Below the pieces are notes generated by a model. That model saw only the letters and a list, made by a program, of their open reading frames with translations, was not told where the DNA came from and searched no databases. A DNA stretch of 64,000 nucleotides, taken from the NCBI GenBank assembly GCA_044892525.1, contig CM097885.1, positions 52,578,001 to 52,642,000 on the forward strand, written 5' to 3'. The DNA is from Schmidtea polychroa. Taxonomy: Eukaryota. Below are positions 63,442 to 64,000 of the stretch, piece after piece (within the stretch, counting starts at the first letter, position 1; each line of letters opens with the position of its first letter). Position numbers and translations under genes: made by a program.

Positions 63442-64000
63442 ATGTTGCCAAGCACGAAATCGCCCATCAAACCCTGCTTCTCCTGCTCGGACAAAAATAC
63501 CGTAATCCGAGAATTACAGGCCCAGATCGGTCGATATAAAAAGAAGATCGACGATCTGGAAGGTACATGGTTTAGCCCAGTACAAATGAAGGAAGTTCAA
63601 AAGAAATTGTACCGCAGTGAGCATTGTCGCGATGCTTTGATAAGCGAAAGTAGAGCTCAGCGTAGCCTAATCAAAGAGCAGTCCGAAGCTCTACATAAAG
63701 TTTACGTTCAAGCCGCTACAACCCGAAGGATTGTTAGTATTCCGATTAAAGAAGCGGACAATGTCTTCCCCGTCCACCATGAACCTTCATTTAGTTCGCC
63801 ACCCTTGTCGAAAAGATCTTGTCAGGAATGTGTGGAGGCCGACCTCTCCCCCAGGCCATCGGACGTACCTACTACCGGCACTGGCAAGGTATTGCATTCA
63901 GCCACGACGTCCTCGGCAATCTTGTCTGCCAACCCCTCAAAACCTAAGCGCCGCCAATTGTCCAGAGCGGAGCGTAAGAAGCGCCAACGTGAACGAGCAA
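63442..64000 (+). CDS. Paralog of the 249-aa LTR protein, 3' end outside window
   Basis: MLPSTKSPIKPCFSCSDKNTVIRELQAQIGRYKKKIDDLEGTWF...KPKRRQLSRAERKKRQRERA. Confidence 0.75.
   Translation, partial: MLPSTKSPIKPCFSCSDKNTVIRELQAQIGRYKKKIDDLEGTWFSPVQMKEVQKKLYRSEHCRDALISESRAQRSLIKEQSEALHKVYVQAATTRRIVSIPIKEADNVFPVHHEPSFSSPPLSKRSCQECVEADLSPRPSDVPTTGTGKVLHSATTSSAILSANPSKPKRRQLSRAERKKRQRERA

Larger units (their letters stand above)
60843..64000 (+). mobile_element. Second copy of the long LTR-like family, runs off window
   Basis: Starts TGTTGGGCTGA; shares promoter, structured element and ORF with 11168-31344. Confidence 0.8.

Overview
AT-rich eukaryotic (metazoan) DNA made almost entirely of nested mobile elements, plus one intact six-exon epoxide-hydrolase gene (38090-46793). 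The short introns, USP gene and repeat content suggest a flatworm such as a planarian (inference). Contents: (i) the right part of a Maverick/Polinton (adintovirus-type) element at <1-~8011, with penton, adenain protease, core-type protein, frameshifted packaging ATPase, a PLA2-integrase fusion, major capsid and three tRNA-like Pol III units. (ii) The most unusual structure: a 16.1-kb element (11491-27632) with Maverick-type AGTAG...CTACT ends, a perfect 6-bp TSD (ATTTCT) and multi-kb TIRs. It has no Maverick polymerase, integrase or double-jelly-roll capsid. Instead it carries a parvovirus-like concatemer: T-shaped terminal hairpins, NS1-like SF3 helicase copies, a CRESS-Rep-like helicase fragment and an intact ~1130-aa PLA2-capsid ORF. 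(iii) That element sits inside a ~4-kb TG...CA solo-LTR-like element (11168-31344, TSD CCAA) that has its own ORF and a covarying RNA structure; a second family member starts at 60843. (iv) hAT, Gypsy, R2/NeSL-type, Penelope and MITE remnants. (v) A second, different Maverick (~51143 to at least 60790) with a TBP-like gene, a USP pseudogene, spliced genes and an integrase split by a pure (ATT)n intron. All protein assignments come from motif recognition by eye, not database searches.
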